The translations under genes and the position numbers were made by a program. This document shows, in pieces, positions 41,521 through 52,268 of a stretch of 64,000 bases of DNA. Source of the DNA: Gammaproteobacteria bacterium (GTDB lineage: Bacteria; Pseudomonadota; Gammaproteobacteria; GCA-001735895); assembly GCA_050298595.1 (NCBI GenBank), contig JBNKUM010000094.1, positions 160,001-224,000 on the forward strand, given 5' to 3'. Position 1 is the first letter of the stretch. Each line of letters opens with the position of its first letter. A model generated the notes under the pieces. That model searched no databases. It worked only from the letters and a program-made list of their open reading frames with translations, and was not told where the DNA came from.

Positions 41521-43251
41521 ATGAAAGACAGACCGATCAAGCACTACCTGAAGTTCACCATTTATCTCCCATTTTTAGTGGTCAGTATGATTATTAGTGG
41601 GTGTGGCGGGAGTGGAACTAAAGAGGCTACTGCAGAAACTATTTCTGGCCAGTTTATTGATGCACCTGTTAGCGGATTAACTTACAGCTGTTCATCAGGT
41701 AGTAGTGGTGTGACGAACAATAATGGAGACTACAGCTGTAACGTTGGGGATACTGTAACCTTCAGCATCAACGGCTTTGTTATTGGTAGTGCTGCTGCGG
41801 CAGATGTTGTTACCCCATACGATATCTCTGGTGATGACGCACAGGCAATAAATATTGCACAACTATTACAAACGCTTGATAGTGACGGTGACCCAACAAA
41901 CGGAATCTCCATAGCACAAAGCGGTATTCTGTATGATGTCATGGGTACGCTTAAGGAAGGCGGCATAACGCTTGCACAAGTCGATTTTGATACAAACGTC
42001 CAGGCATATATCGACGCAGCATATAGCGCAGCGGGCCTGACACCGGCCACACTGGTTGATGCAGATACCGCGGAGACCGACCTGATTAAATCCATCGCAG
42101 GTTTATCTGGCTATGTGTCGAGCGAGGTGAATGCGGCAATCACGCAGCAGCTTGTTCCCACTACCATCACCGATCCGATCCACGTGGAGCTAGTCACCGT
42201 GGCCGACTACCCGACTCTCCTCAAGAACCCGATGGTCAGCGTCCCGGCGGGATTCAACGGCGTCACGGTGAGCGAGAACGTTGACGGGCGTTATTGCCCC
42301 AACGGCAGCAGCGGCTGCAAGCAACGTTGGGACCTATATTTCACGGCTGATGGCGCGTGTGAACTCGACGGCAACTATGACTTTTCTTTTACTGTGGGAT
42401 GTGCGGCGGGTGGTGACTGCGGCACCATCGACCCTGAGTTTACGGATTTCGCGGTTACTGCAACGCTAGATTCTGAGAACTACTGCGCGGGGACGCAGGT
42501 TGGCTATGACCCGTTTACAGCGACAGCGGCTGTCACACAGCAGATTGTTCCCACCGACGTCAAAAATCCCCTCTATGTAGAGCTCGTGACCATCAGCGAC
42601 GCGCCTTACCGTTTGACGGCGAATAACGTCACCATCCCGAGCGGTCTCACCCTCCAGAGTTTCTCTGAGGATGAGGCGAATGCCGATTGTCCGAACAGCA
42701 GTGGTAACTGTAAGCAGCGCTGGGATCTCTACCTTCTCGACAACAGTGCCTGCGCCCTCGACGGCGATTACGTGTTCAACTTTGATACCACTTGCGATGT
42801 CGATGGGAACTGCGATCCGGCAGCAACCTACCAGGTGAAGGCGACGCTGGATTCTGAGAACTACTGCGCGAGCACGGGGTTCGACCCATTTAGAGCGGTA
42901 GCGGCAATCACGCAGCAGATCGTTCCTGTCGACGTCAGCAATCCTATCTATGTCGAGCTCGTTACTATTGCCGACGCGCCCTACCGATTGGTGGCGAACA
43001 ACGTCAAGCTCCCGAGCGGCCTCACCCTCCAGAGTTTCTCTGAGGACACAGCGAACGCAAAATGTCCGAACAGCAGTGGCAACTGTAAGCAGCGCTGGGA
43101 TCTCTACCTTATTGATAACGGCGCCTGCGCTCTAGACGGTAATTATGTCTACACTTTTGACACCACCTGCGATAATGGTGGGAACTGCGATCCGGCGGTG
43201 AGCAGCTACCAGGTGAAATCCACGTTGAACTCTGAGAGGTACTGCCACTGA
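41521..43251 (+). CDS. Lipoprotein with three Cys-rich repeats of about 120 aa
   Basis: ISGC lipobox, GQFIDAPVSGL and LLQTLDSDGD N-domain, three copies of AAITQQ...CKQRWDLY...SENYC. Confidence 0.85.
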   Translation: MKDRPIKHYLKFTIYLPFLVVSMIISGCGGSGTKEATAETISGQFIDAPVSGLTYSCSSGSSGVTNNNGDYSCNVGDTVTFSINGFVIGSAAAADVVTPYDISGDDAQAINIAQLLQTLDSDGDPTNGISIAQSGILYDVMGTLKEGGITLAQVDFDTNVQAYIDAAYSAAGLTPATLVDADTAETDLIKSIAGLSGYVSSEVNAAITQQLVPTTITDPIHVELVTVADYPTLLKNPMVSVPAGFNGVTVSENVDGRYCPNGSSGCKQRWDLYFTADGACELDGNYDFSFTVGCAAGGDCGTIDPEFTDFAVTATLDSENYCAGTQVGYDPFTATAAVTQQIVPTDVKNPLYVELVTISDAPYRLTANNVTIPSGLTLQSFSEDEANADCPNSSGNCKQRWDLYLLDNSACALDGDYVFNFDTTCDVDGNCDPAATYQVKATLDSENYCASTGFDPFRAVAAITQQIVPVDVSNPIYVELVTIADAPYRLVANNVKLPSGLTLQSFSEDTANAKCPNSSGNCKQRWDLYLIDNGACALDGNYVYTFDTTCDNGGNCDPAVSSYQVKSTLNSERYCH

Positions 43252-43359
43252 ATGTCGTAGGCCGCAATCACCCCGGTTAGCACGAAATTTTACTTATTCC
43301 ATTAAGGTGAAATTAAGTTGTCCCTGGTTGACAGTAACCATCTAAGGCCGTTAATTTAA

Positions 43360-43393
43360 CCAGAGCCTGTTAGCACGTGTTAACAGGCTCTGG
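43360..43393. repeat. 34-bp palindrome (collapsed MITE ends)
   Basis: CCAGAGCCTGTTAGCACGTGTTAACAGGCTCTGG. Confidence 0.6.
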
Positions 43394-43443
43394 CCCAGCG
43401 CATCTGGCGAGGGTTGAAATTACTACGGAACTTACGGACATCC

Positions 43444-44346
43444 ATGATTACACGAAAATATCGCTACCTGATAGCATTGGCCAGCGAAAAACACTTTGGA
43501 CGAGCAGCCGCGATCTGCCATGTTTCACCCTCTACCCTGTCTGCAGCAATTCGAGATATCGAAGAGACTCTGGGCGTTACCGTGGTAGAGCGCGGACAGC
43601 AGTTCGCCGGATTAACCTCTGAAGGCGAGGTCGTAGTGAAGTATGCCCAGCGTATGGCGGCAAGCGTGACCGACCTTAAACATGAGCTGGAGAATCTACG
43701 TGATGAGTTGACAGGATGCTTGCGCATTGGTGTGATTCCGACGGCAACTACGGCCGTTGCTACGTTGACTACCGCTTTCTGTCACCGACATAAAAATGCA
43801 ACTGTCCAGGTATTGTCCCAGACCAATGATCAAATCTTGCAGCGCCTGCAACGTTTCGAACTCGACGCTGGGGTGATTTACTTCGACACGGCGGTTGATC
43901 CGGCATTCAAGGTGGTACCGATGTGGAACGAACAACATGTTTTGCTCACTGCAGTGGATGGACCTTTTGCCGATTACTGCAGCGTTAGCTGGAAGGATGC
44001 AGCGAAAACTCCGTTATGCCTGCTGACGCCTGACATGACCAATCGCAAGACCATCGATTCGGTGTTCGCACAGGTTGGTACAACCGTTTCCCCCACACTT
44101 GAAACCAATTCGCTGATTAGCCTGCTTGCGCATGTTGACACGGGTAACTGGTCCTCCATTATCCCACGTAGCGTGCTGGAACAAATTGGCACACCACCAG
44201 GAGTCGTCGCTGTCGAACTGGTAGACCCCGGTGTAAAGTGGTCAACCGCGCTGGTGACCCTGGCGCGCGAACCTGCACCGCCTATCGTCAAGGAAATTGT
44301 ACGTCAAGCTGAGTTGATGGTGCAGTCATTCGGCCCAGACGAATAG
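43444..44346 (+). CDS. LysR family regulator of the formate dehydrogenase operon
   Basis: HFGRAAAICHVSPSTLSAAI HTH; PLCLLTPDMTNR. Confidence 0.9.
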   Translation: MITRKYRYLIALASEKHFGRAAAICHVSPSTLSAAIRDIEETLGVTVVERGQQFAGLTSEGEVVVKYAQRMAASVTDLKHELENLRDELTGCLRIGVIPTATTAVATLTTAFCHRHKNATVQVLSQTNDQILQRLQRFELDAGVIYFDTAVDPAFKVVPMWNEQHVLLTAVDGPFADYCSVSWKDAAKTPLCLLTPDMTNRKTIDSVFAQVGTTVSPTLETNSLISLLAHVDTGNWSSIIPRSVLEQIGTPPGVVAVELVDPGVKWSTALVTLAREPAPPIVKEIVRQAELMVQSFGPDE

Positions 44347-44401
44347 TTGTTCGAAAAATCTCGCTTTTCATTACTCAGGAACGAGATTAAAAAACGGGGT
44401 T

Positions 44402-44851
44402 ATGAATAATGCACACAATAAAATCGTCGATCGACTGATCGCTAACCATCGGGATCGTCCCGGCCCCTTATTACCCCTGCTACATGATGTGCAGGATGCT
44501 CTGGGGTATATCCCTGCTGACACGGTACCGATGATTGCCGCAGGGCTCAATCTGTCGCGTGCCGAAGTGCACGGCGTCATCAGCTATTACCATCATTTTC
44601 GCAGCAAGCCACCCGCAGCCAGGGTCATCAAGATTTGTCGTGCCGAAGCCTGTCAGGCCAGAGGCAGTGAGGCCCTGGCACAGCATGCAGAGGCAAGTGT
44701 TAACGGCCAGGACGTTGAGCTGGAAACCGTATATTGCCTGGGGCTATGCGCCAGCGGCCCCGCGATACAGATCAACGAGACCCAGCTCCACGCCAATCTT
44801 ACGACGGATAAATTTGACGCTATCGTCGCAGACCTGGAGACACAATCATGA
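44402..44851 (+). CDS. fdsG: NAD-dependent formate dehydrogenase gamma subunit
   Basis: LNLSRAEVHGVISYYHHF, CRAEAC, CLGLC. Confidence 0.92.
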   Translation: MNNAHNKIVDRLIANHRDRPGPLLPLLHDVQDALGYIPADTVPMIAAGLNLSRAEVHGVISYYHHFRSKPPAARVIKICRAEACQARGSEALAQHAEASVNGQDVELETVYCLGLCASGPAIQINETQLHANLTTDKFDAIVADLETQS

Positions 44852-46341
44852 GAGTGACGATGTATGTACCCGGTGATGCTGCAGCCTGTGCATTAGGGGC
44901 CGACGCGGTTGCTGAAGCAATTGTGAGAGAAGCATCAAGCCGTGATCTGCAGATTTCGCTGGTACGTAATGGCTCACGCGGCCTGTTCTGGCTGGAGCCC
45001 ATGGTAGAGGTAAACACGCCTGGCGGGCGTGTCGCCTACGGAGCGGTACAGGCCAGTGACGTCCCTGCGTTATTTGATGCGGGATTGTTTAATGGTGGTG
45101 AGCATGCCCTGCGCCTGGGTCTGGTTGAGCAGATTCCTTACCTGGCGAAACAGCAACGGGTCAGCATGAAGCGGCTTGGCGTGGTTGACCCACGTTCTCT
45201 GGACGACTATCTGGCTCATGGCGGTGGCGCAGGGCTGGCGCGCGCGCGTCAGATGAAGCCTGAAGAAATCGTTCAGGAAGTTATAGATTCAGGATTGCGC
45301 GGTCGCGGTGGTGCCGCTTTTCCTACCGGTATTAAATGGCAAACCGTACACAATACCCCCGCACCACAGAAGTATATTGTGTGCAATGCAGATGAGGGTG
45401 ACTCTGGCACTTTTGCAGATCGCTTACTGATGGAAGGTGACCCTTTCTGTCTTTTTGAAGGCATGGCTATCGCTGGACTCGCCGTTGGTGCAAGCCGTGG
45501 CTACATCTATTTACGTTCGGAATATCCGCATGCCTATGCAGTGATGCAGGATGCACTGGATCAGGCCGGGTCCTGGCTCAATGGCTTCAGCATTGAGATT
45601 CGTAAGGCTGCGGGAGCCTATGTTTGCGGTGAAGAAACCGCATTAATGGAAAGTATCGAAGGCCGCCGAGGTATTGTGCGTAACAAGCCACCCTTGCCAG
45701 CCATTGAAGGGCTGTTCGGTGCGCCAACCGTGATTAATAATGTGATCAGTCTTGCCAGCGTGCCGGATATTCTAGCCGAGGGCGCTGCTTTTTATCATGG
45801 CTATGGCGTTGATCGATCGCGCGGTACGCTGCCATTCCAGCTTGCGGGTAACCTGAGGTACGGTGGACTGGTAGAAGTCCCGTTCGGACTTACCCTGCGC
45901 GAACTACTATATGACTTTGGCGGCGGTTCCGTCTCTGGACGTCCTCTGCGCGCAGTCCAGGTCGGCGGACCTCTCGGTGCCTACCTGCCTGAGTCACAGT
46001 TCGACACGGTGCTGGACTATGAAGCCTTTAGTGCCATTGGTGCAGTACTCGGTCACGGTGGCATCGTGGCCTTCGACGATAGTGTCGATATGGTCAGCCA
46101 GGCCCATTATGCAATGAAGTTCTGTGCTGAAGAATCCTGTGGTAAGTGTACCCCCTGTCGCATCGGTTCCACTCGTGGTATGGAAGTGATTGATCGCATC
46201 CGCGCCGGCCAGGCGGGGCAAACCGAATTACTGCGCAGCCTTTGTGACACCATGCTTAACGGTTCTATGTGCGCCATGGGCGGCATGACCCCTTATCCAG
46301 TGCTTTCTGCACTCAATCATTTTCCAGAGGACTTCCAGTGA
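44848..46341 (+). CDS. fdsB: NAD-dependent formate dehydrogenase beta subunit
   Basis: RNGSRGLFWLEP, GRGGAAFP, NADEGD, CGKCTPC. Confidence 0.93.
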   Translation: MRVTMYVPGDAAACALGADAVAEAIVREASSRDLQISLVRNGSRGLFWLEPMVEVNTPGGRVAYGAVQASDVPALFDAGLFNGGEHALRLGLVEQIPYLAKQQRVSMKRLGVVDPRSLDDYLAHGGGAGLARARQMKPEEIVQEVIDSGLRGRGGAAFPTGIKWQTVHNTPAPQKYIVCNADEGDSGTFADRLLMEGDPFCLFEGMAIAGLAVGASRGYIYLRSEYPHAYAVMQDALDQAGSWLNGFSIEIRKAAGAYVCGEETALMESIEGRRGIVRNKPPLPAIEGLFGAPTVINNVISLASVPDILAEGAAFYHGYGVDRSRGTLPFQLAGNLRYGGLVEVPFGLTLRELLYDFGGGSVSGRPLRAVQVGGPLGAYLPESQFDTVLDYEAFSAIGAVLGHGGIVAFDDSVDMVSQAHYAMKFCAEESCGKCTPCRIGSTRGMEVIDRIRAGQAGQTELLRSLCDTMLNGSMCAMGGMTPYPVLSALNHFPEDFQ

Positions 46342-49172
46342 AAGCGACTGACTACGGTACCCCGGCGATCACTGCCGATGATGAGGTAAATCTTGAGATA
46401 GACGGCGTTGCTGTCAAGGTGCCAGCGGGCACCTCGGTAATGCGCGCAGCGGTCATGGCCGGTGCAATGATCCCCAAGCTATGCGCGACCGATAGCTTGA
46501 AACCCTTTGGTTCCTGTCGTTTATGTCTGGTGGAAATTGAAGGGCGGCGTGGTACACCAGCCTCCTGTACCACGCCAGTAGAGCAGGGCATGCAGGTGCG
46601 TACCCAGTCAGCGCAACTGGCTGAACTGCGACGCAACGTGATGGAGCTTTACATCTCCGACCATCCGCTTGATTGCTTAACCTGTTCCGCCAACGGTAAC
46701 TGCGAGTTACAGACGATGGCTGGCGTGGTTGGACTACGCGAAGTACGTTACGGCTTTTCTGGCGCCAACCATTTCGAGGATGCGCAAAAAGACGAATCCA
46801 ACCCGTATTTTAGTTATGACCCGGCAAAGTGCATTGTATGTAACCGCTGCGTGCGAGCCTGCGAAGAGCAACAGGGCAGCTTCGCCATTACCATTTCAGG
46901 ACGAGGTTTCGAGTCTCGAGTGACTGCAGGCCAGGAGGAATCCTTTATGGATTCTGAATGTGTTTCCTGTGGTGCCTGCGTTAATGCCTGTCCCACCGCC
47001 ACGCTGATGGACAAAAGTGTCATAGAGCACGGTCAAGCTGAGCATAGCATCTCCACCACCTGCGCCTACTGCGGTGTCGGTTGTGGCTTCGATGCCGAGA
47101 TGCAGGGCAACAAAGTGATCCGCATGACCCCTACCAAATCCAGCCGCGCCAACGAAGGTCATGCCTGCGTTAAGGGGCGTTTTGCCTGGGGCTATGCGAC
47201 ACACCCAGATCGCATTACCAAACCGATGATTCGAGCCAAAACCAGCGACCCCTGGCGCGAGGTCTCATGGCAGGAAGCGCTGGATCATGCTGCCTCTGAA
47301 TTTCGCCGTATTCAACAAAAGCATGGACAAAACGCCATTGGCGCACTGGTGTCCAGCCGTTGCACCAACGAAGAAGACTATCTGGTACAGAAGTTAGTAC
47401 GTACCGCGTTTGGCAATAACAATGTCGACACCTGCGCTCGAGTATGCCATTCACCTACGGGTTATGGACTTGGCCAGACTTATGGTACCTCCGCTGGAAC
47501 CCAGACCTTCAAATCGGTAGAAAAGGCCGATGTCATCATGGTCATAGGCGCCAACCCGGTTGCTGCTCATCCGGTGTTTGGTTCACGCCTGCGCAAACGG
47601 GTACGCGAGGGTGCCAAACTGATTGTCATCGATCCGCGTACCACTGAGATGGTCGATTCACCGCATGCGGGTGCAATACATCACCTTAAGTTACGTCCAG
47701 GCACCAATGTCGCTTTACTCACCTCGCTGGCGCATGTCATTGTCGATGAGGGTCTACTCGACGAAGCTTTTATCAGTGAACGCTGTGAAAGCCAGGCCTT
47801 TGCCGACTGGCGTAACTTTGTGGCGCGACAGGAGAATTCCCCCGAAGCCATGGCCAAAGAAACCGGCGTTGAGGCGCAGCAGGTACGTGAAGCGGCACGC
47901 CTGTATGCTAGTGGCGGTAACGCAGCCATCTACTACGGTCTGGGTGTCACCGAACATTCTCAGGGCTCTACATCTGTCATCGCTATTGCAAACCTTGCCA
48001 TGGCAACCGGAAATGTGGGCCGTGAAGGCGTAGGCGTGAATCCATTGCGAGGACAAAACAATGTGCAGGGTTCCTGTGATATGGGGAGTTTTCCTCATGA
48101 GCTGCCCGGCTACCGCCATGTCTCTGACAGTGCGACTCGGTCGTTGTTTGAGCAGGCCTGGGGCGTCAGCCTGCAGGCTGAACCTGGCCTGCGTATTCCG
48201 AATATGCTGGAAGCAGCCTTGGATGGCTCATTTCAGGGGCTCTACTGTCAGGGCGAGGACCCAGCCCAGTCCGACCCCAATACCCAGCACGTTCAGGCAG
48301 CGCTAAAAGCAATGGAATGCGTGGTCGTTCAGGATCTGTTCCTCAACGAAACCGCCAAATATGCCCATGTCTTTCTACCCGGCGCATCGTTCCTGGAAAA
48401 GGATGGTACCTTTACCAATGCCGAGCGCCGCATCTCGCGGGTGCGTCGAGTCATGCCACCCTTAGCCGGTAAAGCTGACTGGGAAGTAACCATGGGGCTG
48501 GCTAATGCACTCGGTTACAGCATGCACTACGAGCATCCTGCGCAAATCATGGATGAAATCGCAACGCTGACGCCTTCTTTCAACGGTGTCAGCTACGATA
48601 AGCTGGAACAACATGGCAGCTTACAATGGCCCTGCAATGACAGCGCCCCTCTGGGCACAGCAACCATGCACGCAGAAGGTTTTGTGCGCGGTCAGGGACG
48701 TTTCATGATCACCCAGTATGTCCCTACCGATGAAAAGGTGAACAAGCGCTTTCCGCTGATACTCACTACCGGTCGCGTACTGTCGCAATACAATGTCGGC
48801 GCACAGACACGACGTACCGAGAATAATCGCTTCTTTGCCGAAGACCGACTGGAAATCCACCCGCAGGATGCCGAGGATCGCGGTATCGCTGAAGGCGACT
48901 GGGTAGGCATTCGTTCGCGTACTGGCGAGACGGTACTACGCGCAACACTGACACAACGTGTACAGGCAGGTGTATGCTATACCACCTTCCACTTTCCGGA
49001 AAGTGGCGCCAACGTGATCACCACCGATAACTCAGACTGGGCCACCAATTGCCCAGAATATAAGGTCACTGCTGTTGAGCTGGTGCGGGTTGAACAGCCT
49101 TCCACCTGGCAGCAACGCAATGCGCGCCATGATGCTGAACAGCGCCGCCTGCTGACTGGGGCAGAAAGCTAA
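46338..49172 (+). CDS. fdsA: NAD-dependent formate dehydrogenase alpha subunit (Mo-bisPGD)
   Basis: Fe-S motifs, CAYCGVGC, active-site CARVCH, RGQNNVQG; GTG start overlaps the fdsB stop. Confidence 0.95.
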   Translation: MKATDYGTPAITADDEVNLEIDGVAVKVPAGTSVMRAAVMAGAMIPKLCATDSLKPFGSCRLCLVEIEGRRGTPASCTTPVEQGMQVRTQSAQLAELRRNVMELYISDHPLDCLTCSANGNCELQTMAGVVGLREVRYGFSGANHFEDAQKDESNPYFSYDPAKCIVCNRCVRACEEQQGSFAITISGRGFESRVTAGQEESFMDSECVSCGACVNACPTATLMDKSVIEHGQAEHSISTTCAYCGVGCGFDAEMQGNKVIRMTPTKSSRANEGHACVKGRFAWGYATHPDRITKPMIRAKTSDPWREVSWQEALDHAASEFRRIQQKHGQNAIGALVSSRCTNEEDYLVQKLVRTAFGNNNVDTCARVCHSPTGYGLGQTYGTSAGTQTFKSVEKADVIMVIGANPVAAHPVFGSRLRKRVREGAKLIVIDPRTTEMVDSPHAGAIHHLKLRPGTNVALLTSLAHVIVDEGLLDEAFISERCESQAFADWRNFVARQENSPEAMAKETGVEAQQVREAARLYASGGNAAIYYGLGVTEHSQGSTSVIAIANLAMATGNVGREGVGVNPLRGQNNVQGSCDMGSFPHELPGYRHVSDSATRSLFEQAWGVSLQAEPGLRIPNMLEAALDGSFQGLYCQGEDPAQSDPNTQHVQAALKAMECVVVQDLFLNETAKYAHVFLPGASFLEKDGTFTNAERRISRVRRVMPPLAGKADWEVTMGLANALGYSMHYEHPAQIMDEIATLTPSFNGVSYDKLEQHGSLQWPCNDSAPLGTATMHAEGFVRGQGRFMITQYVPTDEKVNKRFPLILTTGRVLSQYNVGAQTRRTENNRFFAEDRLEIHPQDAEDRGIAEGDWVGIRSRTGETVLRATLTQRVQAGVCYTTFHFPESGANVITTDNSDWATNCPEYKVTAVELVRVEQPSTWQQRNARHDAEQRRLLTGAES

Positions 49173-50008
49173 TGCAACGCCATTCCGCGTTTCGCGTACG
49201 CCGCCCCGGACAACCTAGCGCTATTGATCGAGTGGTTGAAGAGGTAGCGGTGGCTTTCGAATACAATGGCATCGCGCATACCGTGATGCTGGCGACGCCT
49301 GATGATCTGGAAGATTTTGCCGTTGGTTTTAGTCTAACTGAGGGTATTGTTAACGATGTCACGCAGATCCATGACCTCGAAATAGAGTCATCAGATATGG
49401 GGGTCGTGTTGCACATCGATATCGCGGGCGGGCCTTTTTTCCAGCTCAAGCAACGGCGTCGTAGCCTGGCCGGACGTACCGGCTGCGGTCTGTGTGGTGC
49501 AGAAAGCCTTTCTCAGGTTACGCGCGACCTGGCAGCGGTCAGCGCCAGTGCAACACCGACACTGGAAGCACTGCGCAGCGCAATACATAAGCTGCCGCAG
49601 CATCAGCAGTTACAGCAGGAAACCGGAGCAGTCCATGCCACCTGCCATGTAGCAGTTGATGGAGAACTGAGTCATATACGCGAAGATGTTGGGCGTCATA
49701 ATGCACTGGACAAAACCCTGGGCAGCCTAGCACGTACGAGGCACCCGGTAGAGGGCGGCCTGCTCGTTACCAGTCGCGCAAGTTTTGAGATGGTACAAAA
49801 AACCGCTGCGCTTGGTTATGGGCTACTGGCCGCCGTCTCAGCGCCCACCGCCGCCGCAATCAGGCTGGCACAAAGCCTTGACCTGACACTGGTCGGTTTT
49901 TTACGGGGTGATAAATGCGTGATCTACACCCACGAACACCGCCTGCTCAACGAGCCTGTCTGCAGTGAAGATTACCCGTTTTACTTTTCGATGGAAAACC
50001 GAGCATGA
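49172..50008 (+). CDS. fdhD: Formate dehydrogenase accessory sulfurtransferase (FdsC)
   Basis: GCGLCG, EDVGRHNALDK, SAPT. Confidence 0.93.
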   Translation: MQRHSAFRVRRPGQPSAIDRVVEEVAVAFEYNGIAHTVMLATPDDLEDFAVGFSLTEGIVNDVTQIHDLEIESSDMGVVLHIDIAGGPFFQLKQRRRSLAGRTGCGLCGAESLSQVTRDLAAVSASATPTLEALRSAIHKLPQHQQLQQETGAVHATCHVAVDGELSHIREDVGRHNALDKTLGSLARTRHPVEGGLLVTSRASFEMVQKTAALGYGLLAAVSAPTAAAIRLAQSLDLTLVGFLRGDKCVIYTHEHRLLNEPVCSEDYPFYFSMENRA

Positions 50009-50223
50009 ATCCAAACAACCTGATCAAAATGGCCAACCAGATTGGTGACTTCTTTTCTGCTATGCCCGATGCTGAACAAGCTAAACATGATATTGCTGAC
50101 CATATGCAACGCTTCTGGGAACCACGCATGCGACAAAACCTGATGAGTCATCTTGACCAGCACGGCGATGCACAATTGAAACCCATGGTGCGCGCTGCGC
50201 TTGTGTTGATGAAAGAAAGTTAA
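50005..50223 (+). CDS. fdsD: Formate dehydrogenase delta subunit
   Basis: LIKMANQIGDFF, FWEPRMR. Confidence 0.92.
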   Translation: MNPNNLIKMANQIGDFFSAMPDAEQAKHDIADHMQRFWEPRMRQNLMSHLDQHGDAQLKPMVRAALVLMKES

Positions 50224-50463
50224 GTCAGCGCCTGCTCAACAAATAGGAGCAATGGCATGACAGGTAAAGGAACTACAACGGGAAGCACTGGGGCCGTTTA
50301 AGCCTGAATAATCGCCAGTTTTCGGATAAAATATTTGTTTAAACAATAGCTTACTTTGGTCCATCCCTCTATGTGACTCAAAGATCTCAGTTAAAGCGAT
50401 GCGGGGTTTCTGTTATGGTTTCCCTGTTAGAAAATTCATGTCCCCAGGTGTTTAGAAAATAAT

Positions 50464-51453
50464 ATGAAAACAAGAATATTGGGTAAGTCTGGTTATGTGG
50501 TATCTGAAATAGGCTTGGGTTGCTGGCAGCTCGGTAATGACTTTGGCCCCGTGGAAGAGCAACAGGCTGCCGCAATACTGGACACGGCTGAGGACCAGCA
50601 GATTTGCTTCTGGGATACTGCCGATGTTTATGGTGCAGGTTTGAGTGAACGCCGTATTGGTCAATGGCTGGCCAGCTTGGGACCGAATGATAAGCGGCCA
50701 CTGGTGGCTACCAAAGTCGGGCGGGATGCCGCTCTTTATCCCGATGGATACACTAAAGCCAGGGTACGGACTAATTTACTTGGCTCGATTGATCGTTTGG
50801 GTGTGGAAGCGTTAGATCTGGTTCAGCTACATTGTGTACCTACCGAGATATTGATGGCAGGCGATATGCTGGACTGGATGGAAGACTTTCAACAGGAAGG
50901 GTTGATCAAGGCTTTTGGAGCCAGTGTAGAGAAAATAGATGAGGCTTTGTTCTGTGTTGAGCACCCTAAGCTGACCAGTTTGCAGATTCTATTTAATCTC
51001 TTTAGACAGGATGCTACCGAAGTTCTGTTGCCCAAAGCAGCAGAAAAAGAGGTAGGTGTTATTGTACGTTTGCCATTAGCCAGTGGCTTACTCAGTGGCA
51101 AGATGACCAAAGATCAGCAATTTGCAGCGGGAGATCATCGCAACTATAACCGTGATGGTGCCGCTTTCCATGTGGGAGAGACCTTTAATGGTATTCCCTT
51201 TGAAAAGGGCGTGGAGTTGGTGCAAGAACTGAATAGCTTTGTTCCTCAGGACATGACGTTATTGCAAATGGCCTTGCGCTGGATATTGGATCAACCGCAG
51301 GTGAGCACGGTTATTGCCGGTGCTAGTAAAGCTTATCAGGTGGAAAGCAACGCCGCTGCTTCAGCACTTCCACCTTTATCTGACGTTCTGCATCAACAAT
51401 TGCGGGCATTCTATTACGACAAAGTAAGAGACCAGATTCGGGGAGGGCTCTAA
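50464..51453 (+). CDS. Aldo/keto reductase
   Basis: GLGCWQLG, DTADVYG, LVQLH, PLASGLL. Confidence 0.92.
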   Translation: MKTRILGKSGYVVSEIGLGCWQLGNDFGPVEEQQAAAILDTAEDQQICFWDTADVYGAGLSERRIGQWLASLGPNDKRPLVATKVGRDAALYPDGYTKARVRTNLLGSIDRLGVEALDLVQLHCVPTEILMAGDMLDWMEDFQQEGLIKAFGASVEKIDEALFCVEHPKLTSLQILFNLFRQDATEVLLPKAAEKEVGVIVRLPLASGLLSGKMTKDQQFAAGDHRNYNRDGAAFHVGETFNGIPFEKGVELVQELNSFVPQDMTLLQMALRWILDQPQVSTVIAGASKAYQVESNAAASALPPLSDVLHQQLRAFYYDKVRDQIRGGL

Positions 51454-51507
51454 GAGCTAAAAGGACAGGTCTATCCTTTAAGACTTTCAAAATGATACGC
51501 TTTACTC

Positions 51508-51662
51508 ATGTACAGACCTTACGACTAGAATTTCTGTTTGCCCTCTAACGTCTCGCTTCCAGTGTGGGTATCGTGAAGATATCGAGGAAGATCGCCTGGC
51601 TTTTCTAGAAGTGTTTTGATCTGTTATCGAGCAGTTCAACTGGTGTGTTTTGCCTATTGCCA
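51508..51662 (+). pseudogene. Decayed RAYT 5' fragment
   Basis: Nucleotide match to 30672-30840 (CCTGGCTTTTCTAGAAGTGTTTT...GAGCAGTTCAACTGG); preceded by GGACAGGTCTATCCTTTA. Confidence 0.75.
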
Positions 51663-51687
51663 GATGTGCACTCGTTACACCTTCGAA

Positions 51688-51832
51688 GTTGCATCGAGAG
51701 TGAGTGAAGAGGCTCTGCAAATTCTAAAGGCGGGTGCATTGATGGTCGTTCTCGAATATGTTTCCCCATACGCTTGCGCACCACATCGCCTGCTCGCTCA
51801 GCATTCCAATCATCGGTATCGGCGCTGGTAAC
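51688..51832 (+). pseudogene. panB-like internal fragment, frameshifted
   Basis: ALQILKAGALMVVLEYV then, after a frameshift, LAHHIACSLSIPIIGIGAG. Confidence 0.55.
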
Positions 51833-52268
51833 TTCTGTTCAGAAAAGGAATCGATGGAGTTTCCCCGCAATATTAACCAGCTCATCAGTAGTGATTCGGG
51901 TTGATATTGGCACCGCCTCCTGGTCTATGCAGAAAGTGTTAAATCTCGAGTAGCGTTCTGCAGTTGCACATGAATTTGTGTGTATCTTTACCCTATGTCC
52001 GTTTCTTGCGGTCAATAGAGAAATCTGATTTTGTCTGAACCTGTCCATTCATCGTTTTGCTTAATTCTGACCCGGATCTATGAAATATATAAAATAAATT
52101 GAGATTTAGTTCAAAATTGCATGTAGTATTGATATAAATTTATTTTACATTTAAATAAGAGCTTATTAGTAGCTATTTAAGTAAATAAATAAATTATCTA
52201 TAACATATATAAATCAGATACTTATAAAAATAACAATATTTTAATTAACCAATTAGAGGAATTACGCT

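Noticed and set aside
47420-47460. Selenocysteine in FdsA
   Set aside because: The active site is encoded as Cys (CARVCH) with no in-frame TGA
51839-52048. Integron integrase N-terminal fragment (MDRFRQ...)
   Set aside because: Similarity is limited to a few residues and there are no catalytic motifs
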